A stretch of 64,000 nt of DNA from an uncultured beta proteobacterium (GCA_963827575.1 CAWHCG010000048.1:197018-261017); one strand, 5' to 3'. Shown: positions 1-10,817, counted from the first letter of the stretch. Notes: generated by a model from the sequence alone, not told the origin. Made by a program: numbers and translations.

Positions 1-1440
1 GCGCAGCTCGAGCTCATTGCTGTCGAGGGCCCGGCGCAGGTCGTTCTCCACCGTGAGACGCTGATGGAAGGCGGCGTTCATTTCCGTCGAGAAGAACGCG
101 TAGCTGTTCTTGCCGGCGGCCTTGACGTGGTACATCGCGATGTCGGCGTGCTTGATCAGCGTGTCCGGGTCCTCGCCGTCGGCTGGATACAGCGCCAAAC
201 CGATGCTCGCCGTCGCGCGGATCTCGTGGCCGGCGACATTCAACGGCCGGCGCAGTTCCTCGATCACCTTCTCGGCGATGACGGTGGCGTCCTCCGGCTG
301 CGTCAGCTCGGGCAGCAGGATGGTGAACTCGTCCCCACCCATGCGGGCCAGCGTATCGCTGCGGCGCAGGCAGGCCTGCAGCCGCGCGGCCACGCCCTTG
401 AGCAGCTCGTCGCCCTCGGCATGGCCGAGCGTGTCGTTGACCAGCTTGAAGCGGTCGAGGTCGATGAACAGCAGCCCCACCAGCCGGCGGTTGCGCCGCG
501 CCGAGACCAGCGCGACGCCGAGCCGGTCGAGGAACAGGACGCGGTTGGGAAGATGGGTGAGCTGGTCGTGATAGGCCTGGAAGCTGATGCGCTCCTCGGC
601 GCGCTTGCGCTCCGAGATGTCGCGCGCCACGCCGTAGGTGCCCAGAAAGCGCCGGCCGCGCGACCCCGGCTCGTCGGCGTAGACGCCGGTAGCGGACAGC
701 GCCACGGTGAGCGGCACGTCCTGCGCGCCGCTCTTGCGCTTGAGCCGCAGCTCGATGTTGCGCGCGGCGCGCTCGCCCGTGCGCCGCTCACCGAACGCGA
801 AGCGCGCGCGCTCCACGTCGTCCTCGTGCACGACGTCCGAGTAGTGATGCCCGAGGAGCTCGCCGCGCTCGTAGCCGAGCACCGCCGCCACGGTCGGATT
901 GAGATAGCCGAAGCGGCCCTGCTCGTCGACCGTGTAGATGATGTCCGGCGAGTGATCCACCAGATAGCGATGCAGCCGCTCGGACTGCTCGAGCCGTGCG
1001 CTGATCACCGCGTTGGTGCGCTCCAGACGCTTGCGTTGGAGCGCGTTGTCGACCGTGCGCAGCAGCTCCTCGGGCTGATAGGGCTTGCGCACGAAATCGT
1101 AGGCGCCGCGCCGCAGCGCGCCGATGGCCGAGTCGATCAGATCGTCCGCGCTGACCACGATCACGGTCATCGAGGGCAGGCGCGCACCGAGCCAGTCCAT
1201 GAGGTCCAGGCCGGTCATATCGGGCAGGCGCAGGTCGAGCAACAGCAGGTCGTAGCGCTGGCGCGACAGCGCAGTCATCGCTTCGGTGCCGGTGCCGCAT
1301 TCGTCGATCTCGCGCTCCGGGGCATCGAGCAGCAGGGCAAGGCTGCGCCGCAAGCGCGCCTCGTCGTCCACCACCAGGACGCGCGCAGCGCTGCCCTGGT
1401 CTGGAGACTCACCCGGCTCATGGACGTTCAGAAACTGCAC
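1..1440 (-). CDS. response-regulator receiver / PAS / GGDEF protein running into an EAL-type domain beyond the window edge (3' partial)
   Basis: Own minus-strand translation from GTG 1440: VLVVDDEARLRRSL..LLLLDLRLPDMTGLDL (REC), PAS-like middle, HDQLTHLPNR..GGDEFTILL (GGDEF), then ENDLRRALDSNELELR at position 1 (EAL start). Frame spot-checked at four places. Absent from the ORF track because it has no stop in the window. Confidence 0.8.
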   Translation of the reverse strand, partial: MQFLNVHEPGESPDQGSAARVLVVDDEARLRRSLALLLDAPEREIDECGTGTEAMTALSRQRYDLLLLDLRLPDMTGLDLMDWLGARLPSMTVIVVSADDLIDSAIGALRRGAYDFVRKPYQPEELLRTVDNALQRKRLERTNAVISARLEQSERLHRYLVDHSPDIIYTVDEQGRFGYLNPTVAAVLGYERGELLGHHYSDVVHEDDVERARFAFGERRTGERAARNIELRLKRKSGAQDVPLTVALSATGVYADEPGSRGRRFLGTYGVARDISERKRAEERISFQAYHDQLTHLPNRVLFLDRLGVALVSARRNRRLVGLLFIDLDRFKLVNDTLGHAEGDELLKGVAARLQACLRRSDTLARMGGDEFTILLPELTQPEDATVIAEKVIEELRRPLNVAGHEIRATASIGLALYPADGEDPDTLIKHADIAMYHVKAAGKNSYAFFSTEMNAAFHQRLTVENDLRRALDSNELELR

Positions 1441-1453
1441 CGTCCCTCCGCCC

Positions 1454-3614
1454 TCAACTCGACCCTGCTGCCTGCGGGCCGGCGTCGCCGTGCGCCGGCC
1501 GGCGCGGCAACAGCACACCGAAGATCGTGCCGCGGCCGGCGCTGCTGCGGCACAGGATCCTGCCGCCCAGGCGCCGGACGATGGCCTCGCTCACCGTCAG
1601 CCCGATCCCCTCGTGGCCTTCGCCCTTCGTGCTCACCCCTTGCTGGAACAGGCGCTGCAGCACTTCCGGCACCACCCCCGGGCCGGTGTCGGTCACCTGC
1701 AGCAACACGAACAGCTCGCCGTCCAGGTTCACGTTGTCCGAGGTCAGCAGCATCAGCCGGCCGCCTTGCGGCATCGCCTCCGCCGCGTTGGTCATCAGGT
1801 TGAGCACCACCTGCTTGACCGCGCTGGGCTCGGAGCGCAACAGCGGCAGGCCCGGATCGAGCTGCTGATGGACCTCGATACCGCGGCCCACGAACAGCGT
1901 CTCGGTGCACAAGGTCACGACCTCGCGCACCAGCGCGTTCAGATCCAGCGGCGCGGCGCTGTCGGCCTCCGCGACGAATGGGTCGCCCATCCGCTGGACG
2001 ATGCGCGCGATACGGTCCAGCTCCTCGTTGAGGATCGCCAGTTCTTCGCCGAACTGACCGGTCTGCGCCGCCTTGTTCGCCAGCACTTGCAGATAGTTCT
2101 TCACGATCGCGAGCGGATTGCCGGTCTCGTGCACGACTCGCTTGCCCATGGCGCGGAACTGCGCGGTCAGCTCGGCGCGAGAGCGTTCTTCCTCGCGGCC
2201 GCGCCGCGCGGCATCGGCGAGCGCATCGGCGGCGGCCATGGTCAGCACGCTCAACGTCACCGCTTCCGCGGCCTGCCGCTCATCCCACGGTGCGTCCAGC
2301 GCTGCCGCCACCACCCCCGAGATGCCGGCGCCCGAGGACAGCGGAATGCACAGCAGCCCCTGGGCGCCGAGCAGCCTCGCCACCACCCGGTCGACTGCCG
2401 CGCCCCCCTCCTCCAGCGCGGCCCCAAAGGCATGCACCGGGCGGCGTTCGCGGGCGGCGGTGGCCAGCAGGCTGCGCGAAGTCGCGAGCGGGATGTGCAG
2501 CTCCCGCACTTGCGCGGGGTCGCGATCCAGCGGCACGCCCTTCAGTGCGCGCTCCTCCGCGCTCGCGACGAATATCACTTGACGGTCCAGCCCCAGGAGC
2601 AGCCCCGACAAGCTGCGCGTGCGCCGCAGCGCCTCGCTCTGCCCCTGCGCGGTGGCCAGCGCCTGACGCAGCGCTGCGCGCAGCCCCGACTCACCCAGAG
2701 ACTGTGTGACCTCCCCCCAACCCCGACTTGCCGTTGTGGCCGACATCTGCGGCGCGAACCCCGGCTCGGTCGGTTCCGCCCACGGCGTCGCAACGCTGCG
2801 AGCGAGGTCTACCCCCCCGGCGTTGCGGCCGGCCGCTTCCTGCGCGTCGTCCAGCGCGCGCGCCACGGCCCGCTCGTGCACACCCAGCAGCAGCGTGCCA
2901 TCGCTGCATGCGGCCTGGGACGAACCCTCGTCCTGCAACCGGCTGGCGATGGCGACCACCCGCACCAGGAACGGCGCATCGATCAACAGCTCCGCACGCT
3001 CGCGCTGCAGAGCCACCGCGTCGGCAAGGAACACCGGCTGCGCACAGCCCCTCACGAGGGCGGCGCCCACTGCGTCGTGCGGGCTGGCAGCCGTGGTGCG
3101 CTCCACGCGCAGCAGTTCCAGGTCGCTGCGCGCCGCTGCCAGTGTCGCCGCGTAGTCGCTGCGCTGCCCCAGCAGAGCAAGCTTGCCCACGCCGTGCAAC
3201 AGCCCGCCAACATACGCTGCCTCGGCGGACTGTCCTGCGCGTTCGGCCAGCGCCTCCGCGGTGAGGGCGCACAGCAGGCAACGGCGCCACACCTCGTGCA
3301 GTGCGCCGGATGGTCCCACGTCGGTGCGCTCGGCGAGTCCGCGGACGGCCTGTTGCACGAGGAGTGCCTCGAGCACTGCGGGACCGACCCGATCGACGCA
3401 GGCTTGCAGGGAAAACGCCTCCTCTGGTTCTTGGCTGCCCGCGCCCGCCAAGAGCACCTGAAGCGTAAGTGCAGGGTCACAGCGAATCAGTCCGGCGATG
3501 CCGGCCGTCGGGCAGATTGCGTTCCCCGAGCGCGCGCAGCAGTCGGCTCAACACCCGCGGGTTGACCGCAAGCTCAGCAGGACTGAGCGACCCCCCTTCC
3601 CTCGCAAAGACCAT
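1454..3614 (-). pseudogene. HDOD-GAF-type sensor histidine kinase, reading frame broken once near the 5' end
   Basis: ORF 1454..3457 has GLLHGVGKLALL (HDOD), HETGNPLAIVKNYLQVL (H-box) and NLMTNAAEAM..VTDTGPGV..GIGLTVS (HATPase). The missing start of the HDOD domain (MVFAREGG..NPRVLSRLLRAL from ATG 3614, then GIAGLIRCDPALTLQVLL) lies upstream in another frame. One 1-nt shift near 3498-3512. Confidence 0.7.
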
Positions 3615-3820
3615 CCCTGTTGCGCGCGCTTATTCTGGTTTGGAAAGGTCGGGACAGCCCCCGGCCATGCCGCGGCGCTGCACGGCTCACGCCACTCGTG
3701 TATGCGCGGAGAATTTCGCACAATTCCTCGGTCGCGACAAGCAACGCGAATGCGACCGACAAAAACGATGCTGCGCGCCTGCGAGATCGAGTGCGCCGAT
3801 GTCTCAGAGCGGCGACAGGC

Positions 3821-4663
3821 TCACTCCTTGATGAGCCAGTTCACTCGCCACTGGCCCTCGCGTTCGGGCGACAAGACCTGCCACAGCCAGGCGAGCACAG
3901 CGCGCGCTTCTTCCTCGAAGCCGAACGGCGGATTGACCACCAGCATGCCGCTGCCGCGCAGACTCACCAACCAGGTTTCAGGGAACACGGAGAGCTCCAG
4001 CTCGAGGACCTTGCGAATCCCGGTGGCCAGGACGCCACGTATGAAGCCGTGCATCACGACTGGCGCCATCAGCGGGTACCAGAGTGCAAACACTCCGGTG
4101 GCGAAACGGCGGTGCGACAGACTCAAGGCCTGCGTCAGCCGCTCGAACTCCCGAGCGCGGTCGAAGGAGGAATCCACCAGGACCAGCCCGCGCCGCTCGC
4201 GCGGCGGCAGATGCGCCTTCAGCGCCTGGTAGCCGTCCGCATGCTCTACCACAACCCTGCGATCCTCGGCGAACAGCGCGCCGAGCTGTTTGCAGTCCTC
4301 CAGGTTGAGCTCGGTGAGGACAATGCGATCGGCGTCGCGCAACAGCCGCTGGGCGATGCGCGGCGAGCCTGGATAGCGCCGCAGGCGCCCGTCCCGATTG
4401 TCCGCACGCACGGCTTCCAGATACGGAGCCAGCAGCGCCGGCGCGTCGTTGCGCTCCCAGACGCGCTCGATGCCCTCGCGGTACTCGGCGAGCTTCTGGG
4501 CCCACGGGTGGCCGAGATCGTACAGGCCCGTGCCGGCATGCGTGTCGAGGTAGCAGAACGGCTTGTCCTTGCGAGCGAGCAGGAGCAGGAGGCGCGTGAG
4601 CAGCGCATGCTTGAACACGTCGGCGAAGTTGCCGGCGTGGAAGAGATGGCGGTAGGCGAGCAC
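3821..4663 (-). CDS. rlmJ: 23S rRNA (adenine2030-N6)-methyltransferase RlmJ
   Basis: GTG 4663 gives (M)LAYRHLFHAGNFADVFKHALL.., the characteristic RlmJ/YhiR N-terminus, at a length of ~280 aa. The longer ORF to 4705 runs into a repeat arm. Confidence 0.85.
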   Translation of the reverse strand: MLAYRHLFHAGNFADVFKHALLTRLLLLLARKDKPFCYLDTHAGTGLYDLGHPWAQKLAEYREGIERVWERNDAPALLAPYLEAVRADNRDGRLRRYPGSPRIAQRLLRDADRIVLTELNLEDCKQLGALFAEDRRVVVEHADGYQALKAHLPPRERRGLVLVDSSFDRAREFERLTQALSLSHRRFATGVFALWYPLMAPVVMHGFIRGVLATGIRKVLELELSVFPETWLVSLRGSGMLVVNPPFGFEEEARAVLAWLWQVLSPEREGQWRVNWLIKE

Positions 4664-4670
4664 GAAAATG

Positions 4671-4763
4671 CAGGCGCGAGGCGCGAGGCGCCGGAGGCCC
4701 GTCACGAGGCCAGGCTCGATCTAGGGTTCGCATCTCGCGCCTCGCGCCTCGCGCCTCGCGCCT
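4671..4763. repeat. composite hairpin element, heptamer class (AGGCGCG / CGCGCCT units)
   Basis: The left arm is caggcgcgaggcgcgaggcgccggagg.. (4671-4710). A ~22 nt loop follows, then a right arm tctcgcg cctcgcg cctcgcg cctcgcg cct (4733-4763). It sits between the rlmJ start and the mazG-like stop and overlaps the TAG by 2 nt. Confidence 0.8.
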
Positions 4764-5118
4764 AGAGCTTGTCATACTTCGTCGCCCTGCCCTTCGCCTT
4801 CTCCACCGGGTACTTCTGGCGGTTGAGGTCGAGCTTCTTCCCGGCCACTGCGATCGGATCGACATCGAGCTTGTCGCACAGGCGCAGCAGGAACAGGAGC
4901 ACGTCGGCAATCTCCAGCTCCACTTCAGCCCGGGTTGCCGGCGCAAGATCGCTGCTCTGCTCCGGCGTGAGCCATTGGAAGTGCTCGACCAGCTCGCCGG
5001 CCTCCGCCACCAGCGCCATGGCGAGGTTCTTCGGCGTGTGGAACTGGTCCCAGTCGCGCTCGGCAACGAAGGCGCGCAGCTGTGCGCGCAGCGCTTCCAG
5101 CCGATCGGCGGGGTTCAT
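4762..5118 (-). CDS. MazG-type nucleotide pyrophosphohydrolase (small all-alpha NTP-PPase)
   Basis: 118 aa: ERDWDQFHTPKNLAMALVAEAGELVEHFQW..EVELEIADVLLFLLRLCDKLDVD, the typical MazG-like signature. Confidence 0.8.
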   Translation of the reverse strand: MNPADRLEALRAQLRAFVAERDWDQFHTPKNLAMALVAEAGELVEHFQWLTPEQSSDLAPATRAEVELEIADVLLFLLRLCDKLDVDPIAVAGKKLDLNRQKYPVEKAKGRATKYDKL

Positions 5119-5490
5119 GCCCCAGCCGCCAGTGCGCGTGCGTCACGCCGGCACGCGATCGGCTCACCCCTCCCGCCCTCGTGGAAACCGCGGGGAAGCC
5201 TGCCATTTGCTGGGTGAGCTGGCATGGAAGGGCCCTGCTACTTCACGCCGTGGCGCGCACGATAGTGCTTCTGCAGCAGCTTGCGCGTCTGCAGGTCCAG
5301 GCGCGGGTTGGGCGCCGGCGCACGGGCAGGGGATGGCGCCGGGGGGCGCGCAGCGGGTGCCTTCGCCTTGGCCACGAGTCGACTCCGGAGAAGAATGCAG
5401 CGAAGCATACCAGCAGCGCAGGGCGCAGGCCGCCGGAAGCGGGCTTTGTCAAGCGGGCCGGTGGCCAGTTAACGATCGAGAAGCGCCTTA

Positions 5491-5527
5491 CCCCTCACCC
5501 CGACCTGTCCCGCAAGGGGAGAGGGGG
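5491..5527. repeat. REP-like GC-rich hairpin (CCCCTC..GGGGAGAGGGG type)
   Basis: cccctcaccccgacctgtcccgcaaggggagagggggg. The outer stem is CCCCTC/GAGGGG and the inner stem TCCC/GGGA. Same motif family as 9214, 22211, 37686, 55555, 55648 and 56429. Confidence 0.7.
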
Positions 5528-5642
5528 GCGCCCGGTTCCCAGCAACGCAGGCCACCCATTTGCTCCGCTGAAATTTCGGCGGTAACATTCGTCGGCGCGG
5601 CACGACGCTGGCCCGCAACGTGCATCGCCGAAACTCAAAACC

Positions 5643-6261
5643 ATGTACCCCTTCAGACCTTCACGCTTGCCCATCCGGGCCCTTCAGCTGGCGGGGCTCG
5701 CGGCAGCCTTGCTGGCGGCTGCAGCCCCGCTGCGCGCCGATGAATCGAGCCTCGACGCCGGCCTGGGCTCTAGCCTGGCCCAACTGGAGAGGGCCGGCGC
5801 CAGCTGGCTCACCGCTGAGCAGCCAGCCCGGAACGCGCCCAATCCCAGCGGCGCCCGCACACTTGGTTGCGACCTGGCTGCCCGGCGGGTCCCCGGTCGC
5901 ACCAGGCCTGGCCCTGGAAGGCACCCGCGCCAGCTTTGTCACCGCCCTGCCGCCTGACGACACTCTGGTGGGCGACGCCGCCGAGCGGGCGGCTATCTGG
6001 GCGGTTTCCAGCGTGGGGTCGGTCCCATTGGACTCGTCGCTGTCCCTGTTTGCGCGCATCGGACTGCACTACCCCGAGGCTCGGGGGCAGGCCTCCCTGG
6101 CTCAAGTGGACGAACTGGGACGCGTCTATGGGGTGGGCCTGCGCTTCGCGCCGAACGAGCGCGTCGACCTGCGTGCCGAGATGCGGCGCTTCACCCGCGT
6201 GGGACCGGACGGCTCCACCGACGCCAGCGCAATGCTGTTCGGGGCTCGCGTACGCTTCTGA
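5643..6261 (+). pseudogene. outer-membrane beta-barrel-type protein, signal peptide and barrel in different frames
   Basis: The frame of 5643 gives a signal peptide, MYPFRPSRLPIRALQLAGLAAALLAAAAPLRA. The frame of 5620 gives the C-terminal part ..LSLFARIGLHYPE..GRVYGVGLRFAPNERVDLRAEMRRF..AMLFGARVRF with a terminal Phe. The shift lies somewhere in ~5770-5870 and could not be pinpointed. Confidence 0.4.
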
Positions 6262-6353
6262 AGCCCGCCGCGCCCGGCTCAGGCGTGGCCTCTGTGGTCA
6301 ATGCGTTTCTTGGCTAGAATGCGCTGCCAATTGACAACAACCCGGAGACCACG

Positions 6354-7214
6354 ATGCCCGCCCGCTTTCTGTTGCTCGCGCTTGCACTCGCCTTTTCGAC
6401 CGTCCTGCCGGCGAGCGCCGACGAGCTCAAGGGCACCCTCAAGCAGATCCGTGACAGCAAGAGCATCCGGCTCGGCTACCTGAAGACCGGGGTCCCGTTC
6501 TCGTTCGTCGATCAGGGCGTGCCACAAGGCTATTCGGTGGAGCTGTGCAAGCGCGTAGTGGGGGGCATCCAGCAGCAGCTCGGACTCGACGCCCTGAACA
6601 TCAGCTGGGTCGAGGTCGACGAGGCCACGCGCTTCGACATGGTGACGAGCGGCAAGATCGACCTGGAATGCGGCACGACCACCAACACCGTCTCGCGCCA
6701 GGAGAAGGTCGATTTCAGCCTGCCGATCTGGGTAGACGGCGCGACCTTCGTGGTCAAGGCCGACTCCGCCATCAAGACTCACGCCGACCTTGGCGGCAAG
6801 AAGGTCGCGGTCATGGCAGGCACCACCACCGAATCGGCGCTGAAACGGGCGCTTGCCAGCAGCTACGTCAACGCGGAAGTGATTCTGGTGAAATCACACG
6901 TCGATGGCCTCGAGCTGGTGTTCAAGGACAAGGCCGATGCCTACGCGTCCGACAACACGGTGCTCATCGGTTTGGCGCTGGCGGTGCGCCAAACCATGCA
7001 GCTGCGGTTCGGCGAGGCGATGTTCTCCTACGAGCCCTACGGACTGATGCTGCGCAAGGACGACGGCGACTTCCGGCGCGCGGTGAACCGCGTCCTCGCC
7101 GGCTTGTACCGCGGCGGTGCGATCAAAGAGATCTACATGCGCTGGTTCGGCAAGATCGGCGAGCCCACACCGCTGCTGGCCGCGATGTTCATACTGAACG
7201 CGCTGCCGGAGTAG
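6354..7214 (+). CDS. amino-acid ABC transporter substrate-binding protein (PBP type 3, Glu/Asp-binding-like)
   Basis: Signal peptide MPARFLLLALALAFSTVLPASA, then LKQIRDSKSIRLGY..GYSVELC..GKIDLECGTTTNT..REKVDFS..YGLMLRKDD, the typical family-3 SBP pattern. Confidence 0.85.
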   Translation: MPARFLLLALALAFSTVLPASADELKGTLKQIRDSKSIRLGYLKTGVPFSFVDQGVPQGYSVELCKRVVGGIQQQLGLDALNISWVEVDEATRFDMVTSGKIDLECGTTTNTVSRQEKVDFSLPIWVDGATFVVKADSAIKTHADLGGKKVAVMAGTTTESALKRALASSYVNAEVILVKSHVDGLELVFKDKADAYASDNTVLIGLALAVRQTMQLRFGEAMFSYEPYGLMLRKDDGDFRRAVNRVLAGLYRGGAIKEIYMRWFGKIGEPTPLLAAMFILNALPE

Positions 7215-7557
7215 CCCGGGGCCGCGCATCGAGCGGCTTGCTCTGCGGTGCGGGCACGCAGCGTTGGTGCAGGTCAGGCACCGCATGACGCGCGCGCCGC
7301 TCGAGGGGCAGAGTTGCGTTACGGGCGGAGGCCTGGAGTAGAGGTGCTTTCGCGGCGCGGATTACCAGCCCACACCCAAAGCTCTGCCGCGTTTGTATTC
7401 TGGCGGCAGCAAAGCTTAACCCTGAGGATCGGGCGCCGCCGGACATCCTCCGGTTCGGCGCTGAGTCCGACTTCGTGCTTAGATCGGCACGCGCCGAGGC
7501 GACTTTAGCCTCAGGCCCTCGCCTCACCGACGTGCACTCCAACAGCGGAGGCGTTGC

Positions 7558-9019
7558 ATGCGCTCGCTCTGGCTCGTGACCCTGTGCACCTTGCTGACGC
7601 CGCTCGCGGTTCACGCGGATGAGGACCTGCAGCCTCTTCTCGACAGGATCGAGGCGACACGCCGCGAGCACGCGATCCCGGGAGTGGGGGTGGCGATCGT
7701 GTCACGGGAAAAGGTGCGCTGGGTCGGCGGCTTCGGGGTGATGGACCTCGAGACCGGGCGACGGGTGACAGCCGATACGCTGTTCCGCATCGGCTCGGTC
7801 ACCAAGATGTTCACCGCCCTCGGGCTCATCATGCTCGACGAGGAGCACAAGCTCAGGCTCGATGCGCCGGTGCGCGAGCTCGCACCCGATGCCCCGTTCA
7901 CCAACCCGCATGAGCGGACACACCCGATCACCGTGGCGCAACTGCTCGAGCACACCGCAGGCCTGCAGGATCTGACCCAACCGGAGTTCGAGCACAGCGA
8001 TCCCAAGCCCTTGACCCTGGAGGAAGGGCTCGCCTTCGAACCGGGCCTCGCGCACGGTGCGCTGGAAGCCGGGGTTGCACGCGGTGTACTCCAACGCGGG
8101 CTATGGCCTGGCCGGGTATGTGCTGCAGACCGTGGCCAAGACGCGCTACGAGGACTTCATTACTCAGCGCATCTTTCAGCCCCTGGGGATGGCGAGCTCC
8201 GGCTTCTTCCCGGACGACCAGGCCGCCGCGCGTCTGGCCACCGGGTATGCGACCGACGCGACCACTCCGCTCCCCTACTGGCACATGCTCATGCGTCCGT
8301 TCGGCGGCATTAATTCCACGCCACGGGACATGGCGAGCTTCGTGCGCTTGCTCTTGAACGATGGATACGTCGACGACCGGCGCCTGGTGCGCCCCCAGTC
8401 CATCTCGCGCATGGAGGTGCCGCTCACTTCTCTGGCCGCCCGCAACGGCCTGTTGTACGGCTACGGCCTGGGCAACAACCAGAAGTTCCGCAAGGGCGTG
8501 CTGTTCAACGGGCACGGCGGCGACGCCGACGGCTACCTCTCGCAGCTCGGCTACAGCCGCGACACCGGCATGGGGTATTTCATCGTGATCAATGCGTTCC
8601 GGCACCGCGCCCTGAGCGACATGCGGCGCGAGATCGAGACCTGGATCATCCGCGATCTCGCCGTACCGCCGCCCCGGCCTGCGGCCAGGCCGAGCGACGC
8701 GGCCCTGGAGCGCTACGTCGGCGATTACGACCTCGCGGCCTGGCGCTTCCCCTGGACTACGCGCGCGGAAGTGGCCGAGCAGGCCATGCGGGTCACACTG
8801 GAGAGCGGTGTTCTCTACTCGCAGGTCGGAACGCACGACAGGCAAGAGCTGGTGCCGGCCGGCCCGCAGCAGTTCCGGCGCCGCGGCGAGCCCACGGCGA
8901 CCTGTGCGTTTGTCGAAGACATCGACGGGACCTGGTACTTCGAGGAGGACGAGAGCTGGCGAAAGCGGGGCACCGGGCCGGCCGTGTCGGAGTGGCCGGG
9001 TGCTGTCGCTGCGCCTTAA
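7558..9019 (+). pseudogene. serine hydrolase, beta-lactamase/PBP4* family, one frame break
   Basis: ORF 7558 carries the signal peptide and the SxxK motif (GSVTKMFTALGL). ORF 8057 carries WKPGLHAVYSNAGYGLAGYV (YxN motif) and the rest of the protein. The frames differ by 1 and the junction is at 8040-8057. Confidence 0.75.
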
Positions 9020-9036
9020 ACCCACTGCAAGGAATT

Positions 9037-9319
9037 CACAGGATTAACAGGATCTCGTAGGATTGACAGGATTCTCCCCCAACATGCGAGGCCGAGGGTT
9101 CCTGCAATGTTGGCCGATCACACCCTGACACCGCCGCGCCGGCTGTATGTGCCCCTGCGTCAAGGACGGGCTGATCTGCGCACACGCTCGCGTCTGGCTA
9201 ATCTGATCTGCTCCTTCCCCCTCGCGAGGGGGAAGGCTGGGATGGGGGTGCGCGCAGAAGACTTTACGACACTCGCCGCACCTCGCAGTGGATCCTGTTA
9301 ATCCTGCGAAATCCTGATA
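9037..9319. repeat. composite hairpin element with CAGGATT-type units and a REP-like core
   Basis: Left arm cacaggattaacaggatctcgtaggattgacaggattc (9037-9074). Core hairpin CCTTCCCCC tcgcga GGGGGAAGG (9214-9236). Right arm gatcctgttaatcctgcgaaatcctgata (9291-9319). A 16-nt perfect match links caggattaacaggatc to gatcctgttaatcctg. Confidence 0.8.
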
Positions 9320-9352
9320 CCCGCTACCAGGCGATCGTGTCGACCTTGAGAG

Positions 9353-9775
9353 TCAGGTCTTCGAGCACCAGACCAGCTCGGGCGGCCTGCCGCGCCGGCC
9401 GGCCACGATGGCGTTCTGACCAAACAGCCGGGCAAGGCGGCACGCCCGCGCGCGGCCGATGCCCATCAGCAGGAGGCTCGGTTCAGGCGGCCACGCCGCA
9501 TCGTCGCCCACGCCCGCACCACTCAATGCGGCGAGGCCAAGCCGTGTGGACAGTGCCTGCAGGCGGCGCTGGCGCGCCAGATTGCGCCAACCAGGCAAGC
9601 GGCGGGAGCGCGGATTGCAGGCGCTGACGAAGGCCCACGCCCGCAAACCGCGGTGTCTCAACAAGCGGTCCAGCGCAGCGCTGCGTTGCCCCACGCGCAG
9701 CGCGAGCGGCCCAGCGGGTGCGTCGACCCGGTAGGTCGTCGAGAGGTAGGCGGGAACCAGCAGCGCAGCGGGCAT
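9353..9775 (-). CDS. DUF3293 domain protein
   Basis: From the internal ATG: MPAALLVPAYLSTTYRV..WAFVSACNP..WPPEPSLLLMGI..ARLFGQNAIV, which matches my recollection of the DUF3293 pattern. It starts 14 nt after the WYL gene stop. Confidence 0.65.
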   Translation of the reverse strand: MPAALLVPAYLSTTYRVDAPAGPLALRVGQRSAALDRLLRHRGLRAWAFVSACNPRSRRLPGWRNLARQRRLQALSTRLGLAALSGAGVGDDAAWPPEPSLLLMGIGRARACRLARLFGQNAIVAGRRGRPPELVWCSKT

Positions 9776-9791
9776 CCGCAGCCTGAACGGT

Positions 9792-10817
9792 TCACAAGGG
9801 CTGGCGGGCCGCAGAGGGGGCGTCGACCGCCAGGATGTCGGCAAAGCGGCCGCCGCGGCCGTAGTGGCGAAGAGCCTCGCTCAGCAGTTCACGCACACGC
9901 TCACGCAACGCCGGCGGATCCAGCACTTCGACCTCGGGGCCGTGCTTGAGGATGTCCATGACCAGCTCGCGATCGTCGCTGTAGGGTATCTCCAGCAGGT
10001 AGCTGCCGTCCGCTTCCAGCTGGGCGGTCTGGTTCGGATGCCATTGCTCGGCCGCGACCCAGCGCGCACGCTGCGGGGTGAAGCGCAAGCGTGCCGTTTG
10101 CGTGGCCCTGCCGCTGAAGATGCCGTAGCCGCTGCTCAAAACCTCATCGAGGTCGTTGGCCGGCACCTCGCGCGCAGGCTGGTCGACGATCCGGGCCGCG
10201 CGGATCGCGTCGACCGCAAAGCTGCGGATGTCTTCACGCAGGTGGCACCAGGCGTCCAGGTACCAGTTCTCTCGATAGTGCACCAGGCGTTGGGGAGAAA
10301 CCACGCGCTGCGTCTCCTCGTCGCGCGCCCGCGTGTAGTAGACGATGGCAAGCTGGTGCCGCTCCAGAAGGGCCTGGGCCGTCGCCTGGAAATGCTTGAG
10401 CGGGACGGCGCGATGCGCCGCGTGCAGGATGCGAATGCGCCGCGCCACTGCATCGGCGGGATGCTCCTGGCTGCCGATGGCGTTGATCAGCCGCTTGAGC
10501 AGCGGCTCGACATGCGGACCCAGCAAGCCGGGCTGGAGGTTCTCGAGCAGCTGCTTCATCGTGAGCAGCGCGTAGATCTCCTGCGCACTGAACCACAATC
10601 CGGGCAGCTCCTGCACCTGCGCCTGCGGATCGAAGCAGTAGCCGTTGTGCTCGCGATCCCAGACGATGGGGATGTTCAGCCGCGAGCGCAGGTACTCCAG
10701 ATCGCGCTTGAAGGTCGCGGGCGAAACCTCCAGCTCGTCGCGAATGCGGCGTGCGCTCACCACCTTGTGACGATGAATGAGCTGCTGAATCTTATAGAAG
10801 CGTTCAGTACGATCCAT
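9792..10817 (-). CDS. HTH-WYL-WCX transcriptional regulator (YafY/BrxR/CapW-like architecture)
   Basis: MDRTERFYKIQQLIHRHKVVSARRIRDELEVSPATFKRDLEYLR (HTH), then YYTRARDEETQRVVSPQRLVHYRENWYLDAWCH (WYL core) and a C-terminal WCX-like part. 341 aa. Confidence 0.85.
   Translation of the reverse strand: MDRTERFYKIQQLIHRHKVVSARRIRDELEVSPATFKRDLEYLRSRLNIPIVWDREHNGYCFDPQAQVQELPGLWFSAQEIYALLTMKQLLENLQPGLLGPHVEPLLKRLINAIGSQEHPADAVARRIRILHAAHRAVPLKHFQATAQALLERHQLAIVYYTRARDEETQRVVSPQRLVHYRENWYLDAWCHLREDIRSFAVDAIRAARIVDQPAREVPANDLDEVLSSGYGIFSGRATQTARLRFTPQRARWVAAEQWHPNQTAQLEADGSYLLEIPYSDDRELVMDILKHGPEVEVLDPPALRERVRELLSEALRHYGRGGRFADILAVDAPSAARQPL

Noticed and set aside
64-3565. 579-aa (64..1803) and 759-aa (1286..3565) plus-strand ORFs
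   Set aside because: They are antisense to the well-supported REC-PAS-GGDEF and histidine-kinase genes. The translations are repetitive R/A/G/H-rich strings without domains.
5238-5375. 45-codon basic ORF on the minus strand (GTG start, ..APNPRLDLQTRKLLQKHYRARHGVK*)
   Set aside because: It has a plausible-looking C-terminus, but no RBS and no family I can name, and it is below any safe length threshold in GC-rich DNA.
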